Source: an uncultured Methylomirabilota bacterium
Lineage (GTDB): Bacteria; Methylomirabilota; Methylomirabilia; Methylomirabilales; 2-02-FULL-66-22
Reading direction: 5' to 3'
Assembly: GCA_963845565.1 (NCBI GenBank)
Contig: CAWJSJ010000002.1
Location: forward strand, 2,080,001-2,144,000
Length of the DNA stretch: 64,000 bases
Positions within the stretch are counted from its first letter, which is position 1; each line of letters opens with the position of its first letter. This document shows positions 12,457 to 22,050 of this stretch, one piece after another. The notes beneath the pieces were generated by a model. It did no database searches, was not told where the DNA came from, and saw nothing but the letters and a program-made list of their open reading frames with translations. Position numbers and translations under genes: made by a program.

Positions 12457-13299
12457 GTGAGCGAGCGCATACCGCCCAAGACGCTACTCACCGTTGCGGG
12501 AGTCCAGCTCGAGTGCGGTCCCGACCGGGATGCGAATTTCGCCAAGGCGCTCGGCCTGGTCCGGATCGCGGCGGACCGGGGGGCCCGGATCGTCTGCTTC
12601 GCCGAGTGCTTCGCCTGGCCCTGGTTTCCCCGCAAGGCGGCGGAGGAGCAGCGCAAGTTGGCGGTGCCGATCCCGGGCCCGTACACCGAGGCGCTGCAAC
12701 TCCTGGCGGAAGAGACCGGCGCCGTGCTGGTGGCCCCGATGTTCGAGACGGCCGACGATTCCGCCCACTACAACACGACGGCGGTCATCGACGCCAACGG
12801 CCACATCCTCGGTATCTATCGGAAGAATCACATCCCCGAGCTGACGAACTACCAGGAGCGGTTCTACTTCCGTCCGGGCAATCTCGGCTTCCCGGTGTTC
12901 AAGACGCGGTATGCGGTCATCGGCGTGCAGACCTGCTGGGACAACTTCTTCCCGGAAGGGGCGCGGGCGCTGGCCTTGAAGGGGGCGCAGCTCCTCTTCT
13001 GCCCCACGGCCTGCTCCAGCCCGGGGAGTGTCGCCAAGTGGGAGCGGGCGATCGTGGGCCACGCCGTCTACAACTCGGTGTATGCGTTCCGTGTGAACCG
13101 AATCGGGACCGAAGGGACGATGACGTTCTACGGGAAGAGCTTCTGCGTGGATCCCAACGGGGACTTCGTCACCGAGCCGAGCGGCGTCAACGAAGGCGTG
13201 GTGCTGGCAGACCTGGACCTGGAGCGGATTAAACTGACCCGCGACGACTGGACATTCTTCCACGATCGGCGGCCGGAGATCTACCAGGATCTGGCATGA
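12457..13299 (+). CDS. Carbon-nitrogen hydrolase (nitrilase superfamily; N-carbamoyl amidohydrolase-like)
   Basis: Glu-Lys-Cys triad (FAECF, YRKNHIP, TCWD), RRPEIY; GTG start after GGAGG. Confidence 0.88.
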   Translation: MSERIPPKTLLTVAGVQLECGPDRDANFAKALGLVRIAADRGARIVCFAECFAWPWFPRKAAEEQRKLAVPIPGPYTEALQLLAEETGAVLVAPMFETADDSAHYNTTAVIDANGHILGIYRKNHIPELTNYQERFYFRPGNLGFPVFKTRYAVIGVQTCWDNFFPEGARALALKGAQLLFCPTACSSPGSVAKWERAIVGHAVYNSVYAFRVNRIGTEGTMTFYGKSFCVDPNGDFVTEPSGVNEGVVLADLDLERIKLTRDDWTFFHDRRPEIYQDLA

Positions 13300-13736
13300 C
13301 GATCGATCGTGTGAGCGGATCGGCCTTTATCCTCCTCGGACTGTTCGTCATGTGGGAACGACGGGTCCTGCCCCTGGGGACCCACGGGCAACCTGGCCCC
13401 GGGTACCTGCCGCTCCTGCTGGCGATCTTGCTGGTCATCCTCGGCGGCCTCCTCGTCCTGCAGGGCAGGGGTGCCACGCCGCTCCGCACCGTCGTCTGGT
13501 CCGAGGCCCCTCACGCCCTCGCCATCCTCGCCTGCACCGCCTTCGCCACGGGCCTACTCGAACGTATTGGGTATCGGATCACCATGGTCCTCATCTTGGG
13601 TTTCCTGTTCGGCGTCATGGAGCGGCTCCGCCCCTGGCAAGCCGCGGTCTTGACCCTCGGCCTCTCTCTCGGCACGTTCTGGCTCTTCGATTCGCTCCTC
13701 CGGGTCCCCCTCCCCAGGGGCGGGTGGGGGTTCTGA
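13296..13736 (+). CDS. tctB: Tripartite tricarboxylate transporter TctB
   Basis: PGPGYLP, 4 TM, LRVPLPRG. Confidence 0.88.
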   Translation: MTIDRVSGSAFILLGLFVMWERRVLPLGTHGQPGPGYLPLLLAILLVILGGLLVLQGRGATPLRTVVWSEAPHALAILACTAFATGLLERIGYRITMVLILGFLFGVMERLRPWQAAVLTLGLSLGTFWLFDSLLRVPLPRGGWGF

Positions 13737-15262
13737 TGGACGTCAGTTTCCAGAACCTGATCCTGGGGTTCGCGACGGTTTTCACGCCGGCCAACATCTT
13801 CTACTCCCTGATCGGATGTCTGATCGGCACCATGGTCGGGGTCCTGCCGGGCGTGGGTCCCCTCGCCGGCATCAGTATGCTCCTGCCCACGACCTTCGGC
13901 CTGGATCCAACCTCCGCGATCATTCTCCTGGCCGGCATCTACTACGGGGCCATGTATGGCGGATCCACCACCTCCATCCTGATGCGCATACCCGGGGAAG
14001 CGGCCTCGGTGATGACCTGCATCGACGGCTACGCCATGTCCCAAAAGGGACGGGCGGGTGCCGCGCTGGCCATCTCGGCGATCGGCTCTTACGTCGCCGG
14101 CACCCTCAGCGTAGTAGGACTCATGTTCCTCGCGCCGCCGCTGGCCAGGTTCGCCCTCGGATTCGGCCCACCGGAGTACACCAGCCTGCTCCTCTGTGGC
14201 CTCGTCGTCCTGGCCTACATGACCGGCGGCTCGGTCGTGAAGAATCTGGCGATGGTCGTGCTCGGCCTGATGTTCGGGATGGTCGGCATCGACCAGATGT
14301 CGGGGTATTTTCGGTTCTCGTACGGGCTGGTGGCCCTGGGGGACGGAATCGGGGTCGTGCCCGTCGCCGTGGGACTCTTCGGCATCTCCGAGATCCTGGT
14401 GACCGCGGGGGCCCCTAAACAGCGCGAGGTCTTGAAGCCGAAGCTCCGCGACCTCCTCCCGACCACGGAGGAACTGCGGGATTCCGCGAAACCGATCCTG
14501 CGAGGGACCGTGCTGGGCTTTTTCATCGGCATCATTCCGGGCTCGGCCCACATCATCTCCACCTTCGTCTCGTACGCCATGGAGCGCCGGCTCTCGAAGC
14601 ACCCCGAGCGTTTCGGCAAGGGCGCCATCGAGGGAGTGGCCGGGCCCGAATCCGCCAACAACGCCGCCAGCGAGGGGGCCCTGGTTCCCATGCTGGCGCT
14701 CGGCGTTCCCACCGGACCGATCCCGGCCGTCCTCCTCGCCGCGCTGATGGTCCACGGCATCACCCCGGGGCCGTTGTTCATCAAGGAGCAGCCGGCGATC
14801 TTCTGGGGGCTGATCGCCAGCATGTACGTGGGGAATTTGGTGCTCCTCCTGCTCAACCTCCCCCTGGTGGGCATCTTCGTGAACTTCCTGCGGATTCCCT
14901 ATCGGATCCTCTATCCGACGATCCTTCTGTTCTGCATCGTGGGCGTCTACGCGGTCAACAGCAGCGTGGTGGACGTCGGCATCATGGCGGTCATGGGGCT
15001 CCTGGGCTACCTCCTGCGGAAACTGGACTTCGAGATCGCACCTATCGTTCTGGGGGTTGTCCTGGCCCCCATCCTCGAGTTCAGCTTCCGGCAGGCCCTG
15101 GCCATGTCCGACGGGCAGTACGCGATCTTCGTCGAGCGCCCCATCTCCGTCACCTTTCTTGCGGTCGGGCTGTTGATGATCCTGCTCGGCTTGAAGCCCC
15201 TGATCTGGAGGAAGGGAAAGGACTGGCGCGATCGGTTGACCCAGGCCGAAAAGAGCACCTAG
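13736..15262 (+). CDS. tctA: Tripartite tricarboxylate transporter TctA
   Basis: GVLPGVG, GAMYGGS, DGYAM, GPESANNA. Confidence 0.95.
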   Translation: MDVSFQNLILGFATVFTPANIFYSLIGCLIGTMVGVLPGVGPLAGISMLLPTTFGLDPTSAIILLAGIYYGAMYGGSTTSILMRIPGEAASVMTCIDGYAMSQKGRAGAALAISAIGSYVAGTLSVVGLMFLAPPLARFALGFGPPEYTSLLLCGLVVLAYMTGGSVVKNLAMVVLGLMFGMVGIDQMSGYFRFSYGLVALGDGIGVVPVAVGLFGISEILVTAGAPKQREVLKPKLRDLLPTTEELRDSAKPILRGTVLGFFIGIIPGSAHIISTFVSYAMERRLSKHPERFGKGAIEGVAGPESANNAASEGALVPMLALGVPTGPIPAVLLAALMVHGITPGPLFIKEQPAIFWGLIASMYVGNLVLLLLNLPLVGIFVNFLRIPYRILYPTILLFCIVGVYAVNSSVVDVGIMAVMGLLGYLLRKLDFEIAPIVLGVVLAPILEFSFRQALAMSDGQYAIFVERPISVTFLAVGLLMILLGLKPLIWRKGKDWRDRLTQAEKST

Positions 15263-15456
15263 CAGGATGCTGAAAAACCCGTTTTTGCGCAGGCTGCTCA
15301 AAAAGGCCCAGGTGCAAGGCGGCGCGTAAAGGGCGGGGTACCCACCGAAGGTGGGTCAAGGCGTACGTCCGGTACGCCGCAGCGAGTGCCCGAGCAAGCG
15401 GGGTACCCGGCCGCAGGCTGGGTCCCCGCAAATGGGCCTTTTTCAGGAGCCTGTTA
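15260..15456 (+). mobile_element. Repeat family A copy 1 (~197 bp MITE-like element)
   Basis: TAGCAGGATGCTGAAAAA...CAGGCTGCTCAAAAAGGCCCA...TGGGCCTTTTTCAGGAGCCTGTTA; homologous to 36350-36543, 38975-39127 and 43490-43686. Confidence 0.85.
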
Positions 15457-15535
15457 GAGGACCGGGGCGGCGACGGCGGGCGACAGATGCCCGGCGCCGC
15501 GTCCGATGAGTGGGCCCGTACAACAGGAGGGGACC

Positions 15536-16528
15536 ATGAAAGCCTTGCGAATGCTTCTTTTGGTAATGGTGGTGGCGTGCGTGGTGGGGAGCCCGCTCCC
15601 GGGGCGCGCCCTGGCGGCAGAGGAGCCGTATCCGACCCGGCCGATCCAGATCATCGTTCCCTTCCCGCCGGGCGGGGTCGCCGACCTGGTGGCCCGGCCC
15701 TTCGCCACGGCGCTGGAGAAACACCTCAAACAGCCGGTGGTGGTCGTCAACAAGACCGGCGCCGGTGGCGCCGTGGGGATGCAGGCCGCCGCCGTCTCCA
15801 AGCCGGATGGGTACACCCTGATGGTGGCCCTCTCCAGCATCTCCGTGATGCCAGAGGTGGACGCCCTCTTCGGCCGCCCGTCCACCTACAAGCTGAAGGA
15901 CTTTGCCCCCATCGGACTTCTGACCGCCGACCCCACCATCCTGGTGATCAAGAACGAGGCCCCCTGGAAGAGCGTGGCGGACTTCGTGGCCGACGCCAAG
16001 AAGCGCCCCAACGAGATCAAGTACAGCTCGTCGGGGGTTTACGGGACCATGCACGTGGCCATGGAGATGTTTGCCCACGCCGCCGGCATCAAGCTGCGCC
16101 ACATTCCCACCGGTGGGGGTGGGCCGGCGGTGACCTCGCTCCTGGGCGGCCACGTGGACTGCCTGTCGGGGGGCCCCAACGTGTCCATCCCCCACATCAA
16201 GGCGGGCACCCTGCGGGTCCTGGCCAACTGGGGGGACAAGCGGCTGGCCGCGCTACCCGACACCCCCACCATGAAGGAGCTCGGTTTCAAGGATGTGGAG
16301 TTCCTGATCTGGTCCGGGTTCTTCGCCCCGGTGGCCACGCCGCCTGCCGCCATCAAGGTCCTGCGCGAGGCCACGGCCAAGGCGGTCCAGGCCCCCGAGT
16401 TCAAGGCGGCCATGGAGAAGATGGACACGCCGATCTATTACCTGGACGCGCCGGAGTTTCAGAAGTTCTGGGACGCCGACGCGGAGCGGTTGATCAAGGC
16501 CGTCCGGAACATCGGCAAGGTCCAGTAA
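15536..16528 (+). CDS. tctC: TTT substrate-binding protein TctC/Bug
   Basis: YPTRPIQIIVPFPPGG, NKTGAGG, PDGYTL, PDTPT. Confidence 0.95.
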   Translation: MKALRMLLLVMVVACVVGSPLPGRALAAEEPYPTRPIQIIVPFPPGGVADLVARPFATALEKHLKQPVVVVNKTGAGGAVGMQAAAVSKPDGYTLMVALSSISVMPEVDALFGRPSTYKLKDFAPIGLLTADPTILVIKNEAPWKSVADFVADAKKRPNEIKYSSSGVYGTMHVAMEMFAHAAGIKLRHIPTGGGGPAVTSLLGGHVDCLSGGPNVSIPHIKAGTLRVLANWGDKRLAALPDTPTMKELGFKDVEFLIWSGFFAPVATPPAAIKVLREATAKAVQAPEFKAAMEKMDTPIYYLDAPEFQKFWDADAERLIKAVRNIGKVQ

Positions 16529-16598
16529 TTCGCGCGACGGGTTTCGGAGGCGGCCGGGGGACTCAGGCCTCCTCCTCGCTGTCCGAGCGGTGGCAACC

Positions 16599-16633
16599 AA
16601 CGGACGGGGAGCCGACGGCTCCCCGTCCGTTTT
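16599..16633 (+). terminator. Intrinsic terminator after tctC
   Basis: AACGGACGGGGAGCC-GAC-GGCTCCCCGTCCGTT followed by TT. Confidence 0.75.
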
Positions 16634-16642
16634 CGAAAGGTA

Positions 16643-16768
16643 AGCATTCAGCATTCAGCGGTCAGCGTTCAGCAAGAACACCCGGCTGCGATCCCGGCGG
16701 AAGGTGCGCACGAAGTCGCCTCGGGTTCCGTTTTTCGACCGAACGCTGACCGCTGACGGCTGAACGCT
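16643..16768. repeat. Inverted pair of heptamer tandem arrays (AGCRNTC)n / (GANYGCT-like)n
   Basis: 16643-16673 AGCATTC AGCATTC AGCGGTC AGCGTTC; 16741-16768 GAACGCT GACCGCT GACGGCT GAACGCT. Confidence 0.7.
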
Positions 16769-16786
16769 TGCTTCGAAGGAGCGGGT

Positions 16787-17680
16787 ATGCAACGGATCGG
16801 GTTTGTCGGAATCGGCTTGATGGGACAGCAGATGTCGCGGCGCCTGCTGGCGGCGGGGTTTCCGGTGGTGGTCTGGAACCGCACCAAGGCGAGGGCAGCC
16901 GATTTGCTGGCGGCGGGGGCGGCCTGGGGAGAGTCCCCGCGCGCAGTGACGGAGGCTTCGGATGTCGTGATCGTCATGGTGACCGATTCGGCCGCCTCGG
17001 AAGCGGTGATCGCCGGGCCGGAGGGAGTGCTGGCGGGCGCCCATCCGGGACTCACGCTGATCGACATGGGGAGCGTGGCGCCCGAAACCTCCCGGGCGAT
17101 GGCGGAGCGGGCCCGGGCCAAGGGGGTGCCGATGCTGGACGCGCCGGTCACCGGCAACCCCAAGGTGGCTTCCGAGGGCAAGCTGGGAATCATGGTGGGG
17201 GGGCCGCAGGCGACGTTCGACGCCTGCCTGCCGATCTTCCAGGCCATGGGCGTGAAGATCATCCATGTCGGAGAGAACGGAAAGGGAACCACGCTCAAGC
17301 TGATCAACAACCTGATCATGGGGGTAGCGATCCAGGCGGTGGCCGAGGCTCTCGTCCTGGCCCAGAAGGCCGGGATCGACCCGGTGAAGGTCCAGGAGAT
17401 CACCTCGGTAGGCGGCGCCCGGACCGGCGCCATGGAGACCCGCGGGCGGCGGATGATCACCCACGATTTCTCGCCCCACTTTTCCGCCAACAACATGTAC
17501 AAGGATCTTTCCACCGCCCTCAAGCTGGCTGACGAGGTGGGGGTCTCCCTCCCGGCGACGAGCATCGCCCGGGAGATGCTGCGGGCGGTGAAGAGCCAGG
17601 GGAAGGGCGAGCTGGATTCCTGCGCCGTCCTGACCGTGATCGAGGCGCTGGCGAATACCGTGGTGGAGAGTCGGGGCTAA
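16787..17680 (+). CDS. NAD(P)-dependent beta-hydroxyacid dehydrogenase (GarR/MmsB family)
   Basis: GFVGIGLMG, DAPVTG, KLINN, MYKDL. Confidence 0.92.
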   Translation: MQRIGFVGIGLMGQQMSRRLLAAGFPVVVWNRTKARAADLLAAGAAWGESPRAVTEASDVVIVMVTDSAASEAVIAGPEGVLAGAHPGLTLIDMGSVAPETSRAMAERARAKGVPMLDAPVTGNPKVASEGKLGIMVGGPQATFDACLPIFQAMGVKIIHVGENGKGTTLKLINNLIMGVAIQAVAEALVLAQKAGIDPVKVQEITSVGGARTGAMETRGRRMITHDFSPHFSANNMYKDLSTALKLADEVGVSLPATSIAREMLRAVKSQGKGELDSCAVLTVIEALANTVVESRG

Positions 17681-17714
17681 GTGCTTCTGCCCGCAATTAC
17701 GGTGACGTATCGCC

Positions 17715-17900
17715 GGTCCCCCGGACCGACCCTCGGACGCCTGGCGCCTGCACCCTTCCCTGCGGGTGGGTACCCGATGCCGGCTCGCCCTTACCCCGGG
17801 TCGGTCCGCTCAGACGCGGCCCTCCGTACCGGGGACGGCTCGCCGGGTACCCATGCGGAGCATGGGTGTGGCGCGGCGTCTCGGGTCGGCCCGGGGGACC
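17715..17900. repeat. ~186 bp imperfect palindrome with two inverted REP-like mini-hairpins
   Basis: Outer arms GGTCCCCCGGACCGACCC / GGGTCGGCCCGGGGGACC (17 of 18 paired); inner inverted GGGTACCC-hairpin units at 17752-17776 and 17844-17867. Confidence 0.7.
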
Positions 17901-17949
17901 TGGACTTATGCGGCCACCGTATACGTCATCGAATTTATGTCCGCGTGTA

Positions 17950-17990
17950 CTAAGCCGTTGTCAAAGAATAACGTGACCGGAGAAATTCCG
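17950..17990 (+). repeat. Repeat family B partial copy (first module only)
   Basis: CTAAGCCGTTGTCAAAGAATAACGTGACCGGAGAAATTCCG matches module 1 of the other copies. Confidence 0.75.
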
Positions 17991-18024
17991 GTGGGGACCT
18001 TGACGAGAAAGGAGACCGCGGGAG

Positions 18025-19209
18025 ATGTTTCAGACCATCGAGTTCAGAACACCGGCCGTCCTCTTCGGCCTGGAGACCATTGCCCGGATCGGTAAGGAAG
18101 CCAAGCGACTGGGCGGCCATCGCGTCCTCATCGTGACGGGACCGCGCGTGAACGCCGCGGGACTGCTGGAGAAGCCCCTCGCGAGCCTGAAGGCCGAGAA
18201 GCTCGAGGTGGACGTCATTGTCGAGGAGCGGGACACACCCGAGCCGGCCACGAGCGTGGTGGAGGAGGTGGCCGACTTCGCCCGGAAGGGCGCCTTCGAC
18301 GTCATCGTCGGCATCGGCGGAGGCAGCATCCTGGACGTGGCCAAGATGGCTTCGGCGCTCCTCACCAACCCCGGGAAGACCCGGGACTATTTCGGGAAGG
18401 AGAAGGTCCCGCAGCGGGGCAGGCCGACCATCATCGTGCCAACGACCTCCGGAACCGGGGCCGAGGTGACCAAGCACGCGATCTTCCTGGACCGCGAGGC
18501 CAATGTGAAGAAGGCGGTGGCCTCGACGAACCTGCTGCCGGACGTGGCCATCATCGATCCGATGCTCTCCGTGAGCTGTCCCTCTCGGGTGACGGCGGCC
18601 GCCGGGATCGACGCCTTCTTCCATGCCGTGGAGCCGTTCTTGTCGCGGATGGCCAACCCCATCACCGACGCGCTTGCCCTGAAAGCCATCTCCATCATCA
18701 CCCAGTGGCTGGGGCCGGCCGTGGCGGACGGCGAGAACATTACAGCTCGCTACCACATGGCCCTGGGAAGCGTCACGGCGGGCTTCGTCCTCAACAACTC
18801 GGGCACCAGCCTGGTCCACGCGATGGCGTACCCGGTGGGCGGCGAATACCACACCCCGCACGGGATCACCTTGACGGTCCTGGCCCTGGCCTGCTTCGAC
18901 GCCATCAAGGTGGCAAAGCAGGACCGGCTGGTGCAGATCGCCGAGGCGATGGGCGAGCCCGTGACGGGCCTCGCGGCGCGCGAGGCCGCGGACCGGGCGC
19001 TCCTGGCCATTCGCCACCTGATGAAGAGCGTGGACCTCCCCGTCTGTCTGGAGGAGGCCGGCATCACGGATCGCTCCCGGATTCCCGTCTGGGCGGTGGA
19101 GGCCCACAAGGAGCAGCGCCTCCTGTCGCGGTCCGCACGCATCCTGTCGGTGGAAGATATCTCCAAGATCTACGCGAAGGCGTTCACCGACTGGGGGCAA
19201 GGGCGGTAA
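18025..19209 (+). CDS. Iron-containing alcohol dehydrogenase
   Basis: GGGSILD, PTTSGTGAE, DAFFHAVE, HAMAY, HG metal ligands. Confidence 0.93.
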   Translation: MFQTIEFRTPAVLFGLETIARIGKEAKRLGGHRVLIVTGPRVNAAGLLEKPLASLKAEKLEVDVIVEERDTPEPATSVVEEVADFARKGAFDVIVGIGGGSILDVAKMASALLTNPGKTRDYFGKEKVPQRGRPTIIVPTTSGTGAEVTKHAIFLDREANVKKAVASTNLLPDVAIIDPMLSVSCPSRVTAAAGIDAFFHAVEPFLSRMANPITDALALKAISIITQWLGPAVADGENITARYHMALGSVTAGFVLNNSGTSLVHAMAYPVGGEYHTPHGITLTVLALACFDAIKVAKQDRLVQIAEAMGEPVTGLAAREAADRALLAIRHLMKSVDLPVCLEEAGITDRSRIPVWAVEAHKEQRLLSRSARILSVEDISKIYAKAFTDWGQGR

Positions 19210-19233
19210 CGGGGCAGGAGGGGGAAAAGAAAG

Positions 19234-19273
19234 AACGACGCGGCCGGCCCCGGATGGGGCCGGCCGCGTCGTT
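19234..19273 (-). terminator. Perfect 18-bp hairpin, terminator with U-tract on minus strand (possibly bidirectional)
   Basis: AACGACGCGGCCGGCCCC-GGAT-GGGGCCGGCCGCGTCGTT; minus strand continues CTTTCTTTT. Confidence 0.8.
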
Positions 19274-19305
19274 TGCTGATCGCTGACCGCCTACTTCTTC
19301 ACACC

Positions 19306-20062
19306 GTGGCGGCTTTCTGGACAACCACAAGATCGGGCTGTCGTACATCAGCTCCATGATCCTCCTCATCGATCCGCGCACGGCCAGTTCCGGGCGGCCA
19401 TGGACGGCGCGCTCATCACCAACCTGCGCACCGGGGCCCAGTCGGCGGTGGCCCTGAAGTACATCCACACGGGACCGTCCATTCGCCTCGGCCTCTTCGG
19501 TGCCGGGGCCAGGGGCGGACACAGACCCGGGCGGTCGCCGAAGTGTTTGCCATCCAGACTCTCACGGTATACGACATCCGGCGCGAGGCGGCCGAGCGCT
19601 TCGCCGACGAGATCCGCCCGGTGGTAAAAGGGAAGATCGTGATCGCCCGCTCACCCGAAGAGGTGATGGACAGCGACGCGACCATCTGCGTCACGCAGTC
19701 GAAGGAGAAGTTCGTCAGGGAGTCGTGGTGGAAGCCCGGAACGGCCCTCTTCCCTATGGGGTCCTATCAGGAATGCGAGGATGCCTGCATCCTCAAGGCC
19801 GACAAGATCATCGTGGATCACATCGGGCAATGTCTGCATCGGGGGGCCTGAAGGAGCTGAACGAGGCGGGCAAGATCTCGGAGCGGAACATCACCGCCAC
19901 CATCGGAGAGGTCGTCGCCGGGAAGAAGCCCGGCCGCACCTCCCCGACCGAGCGTCTGCTCTGCATCCCGATTGGCACGGGGGCATGGATATCGCCGTGG
20001 CCACCGTCGCCTTGCAGCGGGCTGGCGAAAAAGGGCTGGGCGGAACATTCCCCTTTGTGTAA
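19306..20062 (+). pseudogene. 5'-truncated, multiply frameshifted ornithine cyclodeaminase/mu-crystallin family gene
   Basis: Pieces GGFLDNHKIGLSYISSMILLID, MDGALITNLRTGAQSA, GAGAQG, MGSYQE, IGEVVAGKKPGR, G.GAMD lie in alternating frames; no N-terminal part or start. Confidence 0.82.
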
Positions 20063-20170
20063 CTGTCCCCTCCGTACCGATCCCGCAGGTGGCGCGAGAT
20101 CGCAGAGCACTCGAGCCGTACGGCGTAACGGGAGCACGGCATTCCTCTCGCAGGAAAGGAGGTTGACACC

Positions 20171-20812
20171 ATGAAATGGAAACGGGGATTTGAAGTGTGG
20201 GTGTCGGCGGTGATTCTCATGTTGGCCGCATCCGTGGCCGCCCTCGGCTTGGCGGAAGCCGCTGCCCCTCAGTACAAGTGGAAGCTCGCCCACATTCGCC
20301 CCGCGGGGGCCGCCATCGACAAGGACATGCAGTGGTTCGCGGAGAAGGTCGGCAAAGACTCTGGTGGCCGAATCGCGATAGAAATCTACCCGGCCAGCCA
20401 ACTGGGGGATTACACCGTCGTCCAGGAGCGCGTCTCGCTGGGCGCGGTCGAGATGCAGATCGGCCCGCTCGGGACCACGGTGGACAAGCGATTAAACCTC
20501 CCCTCCGCGCCCTACCTGGCCAAAGACTGGAAAGATGCTCGCACGCTGTTCGCGCGGGACAGCCTCCTTTGGAAGAAGACCGCTGAATTGCTGGAGAAGC
20601 AGGACCTCCATCCCATCGGGGGATGGGCGGTATACTTCGGGGGGATTGTCCTGACCAAGGAACCGCCCAGCCCGGGCGACCCGAATGTCGCGAAGAACAT
20701 CAAGATCCGGGTGCCGCCCATCAAGTCGTTTGAACTGACCGCGGATGCCCTTGGCTACCTGGCCACACCTATTCCGTGGGCGGATACATTCACGGCCATG
20801 CAGAGCGGGATC
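20171..20812 (+). pseudogene. 3'-truncated TRAP substrate-binding protein DctP
   Basis: Signal peptide, IYPASQLGD, KIRVPP, WADTFTAMQSGI, then homology stops abruptly at the 16-bp repeat. Confidence 0.8.
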
Positions 20813-21598
20813 CTACTTCTTCACGCCTTCCATCACGGCGTTGTACGCGACCTGCATGGCGTCCTGCAGCCAGGCCACGTCGCCACCCAGGCACATGAAG
20901 CGGCAGCCGCGGGCGATCCACTTCTTGGCCGTGTCCAGGTCGTAGGTGTGCACGCCGCAGGGGATATTCTTCTTTCCGCAGACCTCCAGGACGCGGTCCA
21001 CGCGCTTGGCCACCTCGGGATGACCGATGTCGCCGGGGATGCCGAGGGTCTGGGACATGTCGTTCGGGCCGATGAAGACGGCGTCCACGCCGGGCACGTC
21101 GAGCATGGGCTCCAGGTTGTCCACGCCGGTCTTGGATTCGATCTGGAGAACGATCATGGTTTCCTGGTTCAGCTTGGGGGTGAGCTCGGAGCCCTTGTAT
21201 TTCCCCCAGGAGGTGTGGTTGTTGCGCAGGGACATCCCGCGCTGACCCATGGGGAAATACTTGGTGGAGTGGATGATGAACTCCACCTGCTCCTTGGTCT
21301 CGGTTTGCGGGCACAGGAGCCCATTCGCCCCAAGGTCGAGCGTCTGGTACATCCGCTGGGCTTCTCGACTGTTCGGCACGCGGACGATGGTGGGCAGGTT
21401 CACCCCGCGGGCCGCGACGCAGAAGTCCAGCAGGTCGGGCGGCGTGAAGGAGCCGTGTTCGGCATCCAGGAAAACGTAGTCCCAGCCGGCGTTCTTCATC
21501 AGGACGGCCACGGCGGGCTGCCGGAGGTGGGTGAGCATGGTTCCGAGGACCACGCCCCCGGCCTTGAGGGTCTTCTTCACCGAGTTTTCCTGGATCAT
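20813..21598 (-). CDS. HpcH/HpaI aldolase family protein
   Basis: DAEHG, VRVP, LDLGA, QIES, FIGPNDMS; RBS GGAGG. Confidence 0.92.
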   Translation of the reverse strand: MIQENSVKKTLKAGGVVLGTMLTHLRQPAVAVLMKNAGWDYVFLDAEHGSFTPPDLLDFCVAARGVNLPTIVRVPNSREAQRMYQTLDLGANGLLCPQTETKEQVEFIIHSTKYFPMGQRGMSLRNNHTSWGKYKGSELTPKLNQETMIVLQIESKTGVDNLEPMLDVPGVDAVFIGPNDMSQTLGIPGDIGHPEVAKRVDRVLEVCGKKNIPCGVHTYDLDTAKKWIARGCRFMCLGGDVAWLQDAMQVAYNAVMEGVKK

Positions 21599-22050
21599 CG
21601 CTTCCTCCATCAGGGACAGGGATTAGGGATCAGGGGTCAGGGATTCGAGTTTGGGCGGGGCGCCCCTCACGCCTTGCGCCGTGCAAACCCAAACAGGGTA
21701 GCGCAGGACAGGGGAGCGGCAAAGCGAAAAGGGCCAGAGGTACGCTTCTCCTGACGCCTTTTCGCCGTTCGCTTTCCTCCTTGACAGACGGTAGGTGGCT
21801 AGGTTATTGGTCGCCAACGTGCTGGATGGGATTGTGCGGGTCGAGAGCGGCCGGCCAGGCGGTTCGGTTTTCTCTTCCGCTCGCCTTCTGTTGGAGCAAT
21901 ACCCTCGGGTAGCCCCCATGCCGACTCGACTCGATCGCTCGGTCGAGTGAGTCTCTAGTGAATCTCCGTGGGCTTGCCTGCAGGATGGACCTGCGGACGG
22001 CCGCGGACGTATAACCGGGGCGAGGGCCCCCTGACCTCGGAGGAGGCAAC

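Noticed and set aside
17715..17900. 6S RNA or other known ncRNA
   Set aside because: Length fits, but there is no AT-rich central bubble or recognisable 6S motifs; better explained as a palindromic repeat (Rfam search not possible here)
21680..21730. Possible c-di-GMP-I riboswitch (GCAAACC...GCAAAGC-like words)
   Set aside because: Lacks the GNRA tetraloop stem and correct spacing
20171..21754. 527-aa DctP-like ORF as a real fusion protein
   Set aside because: DctP similarity ends at 20812; the rest is read-through antisense to the aldolase gene
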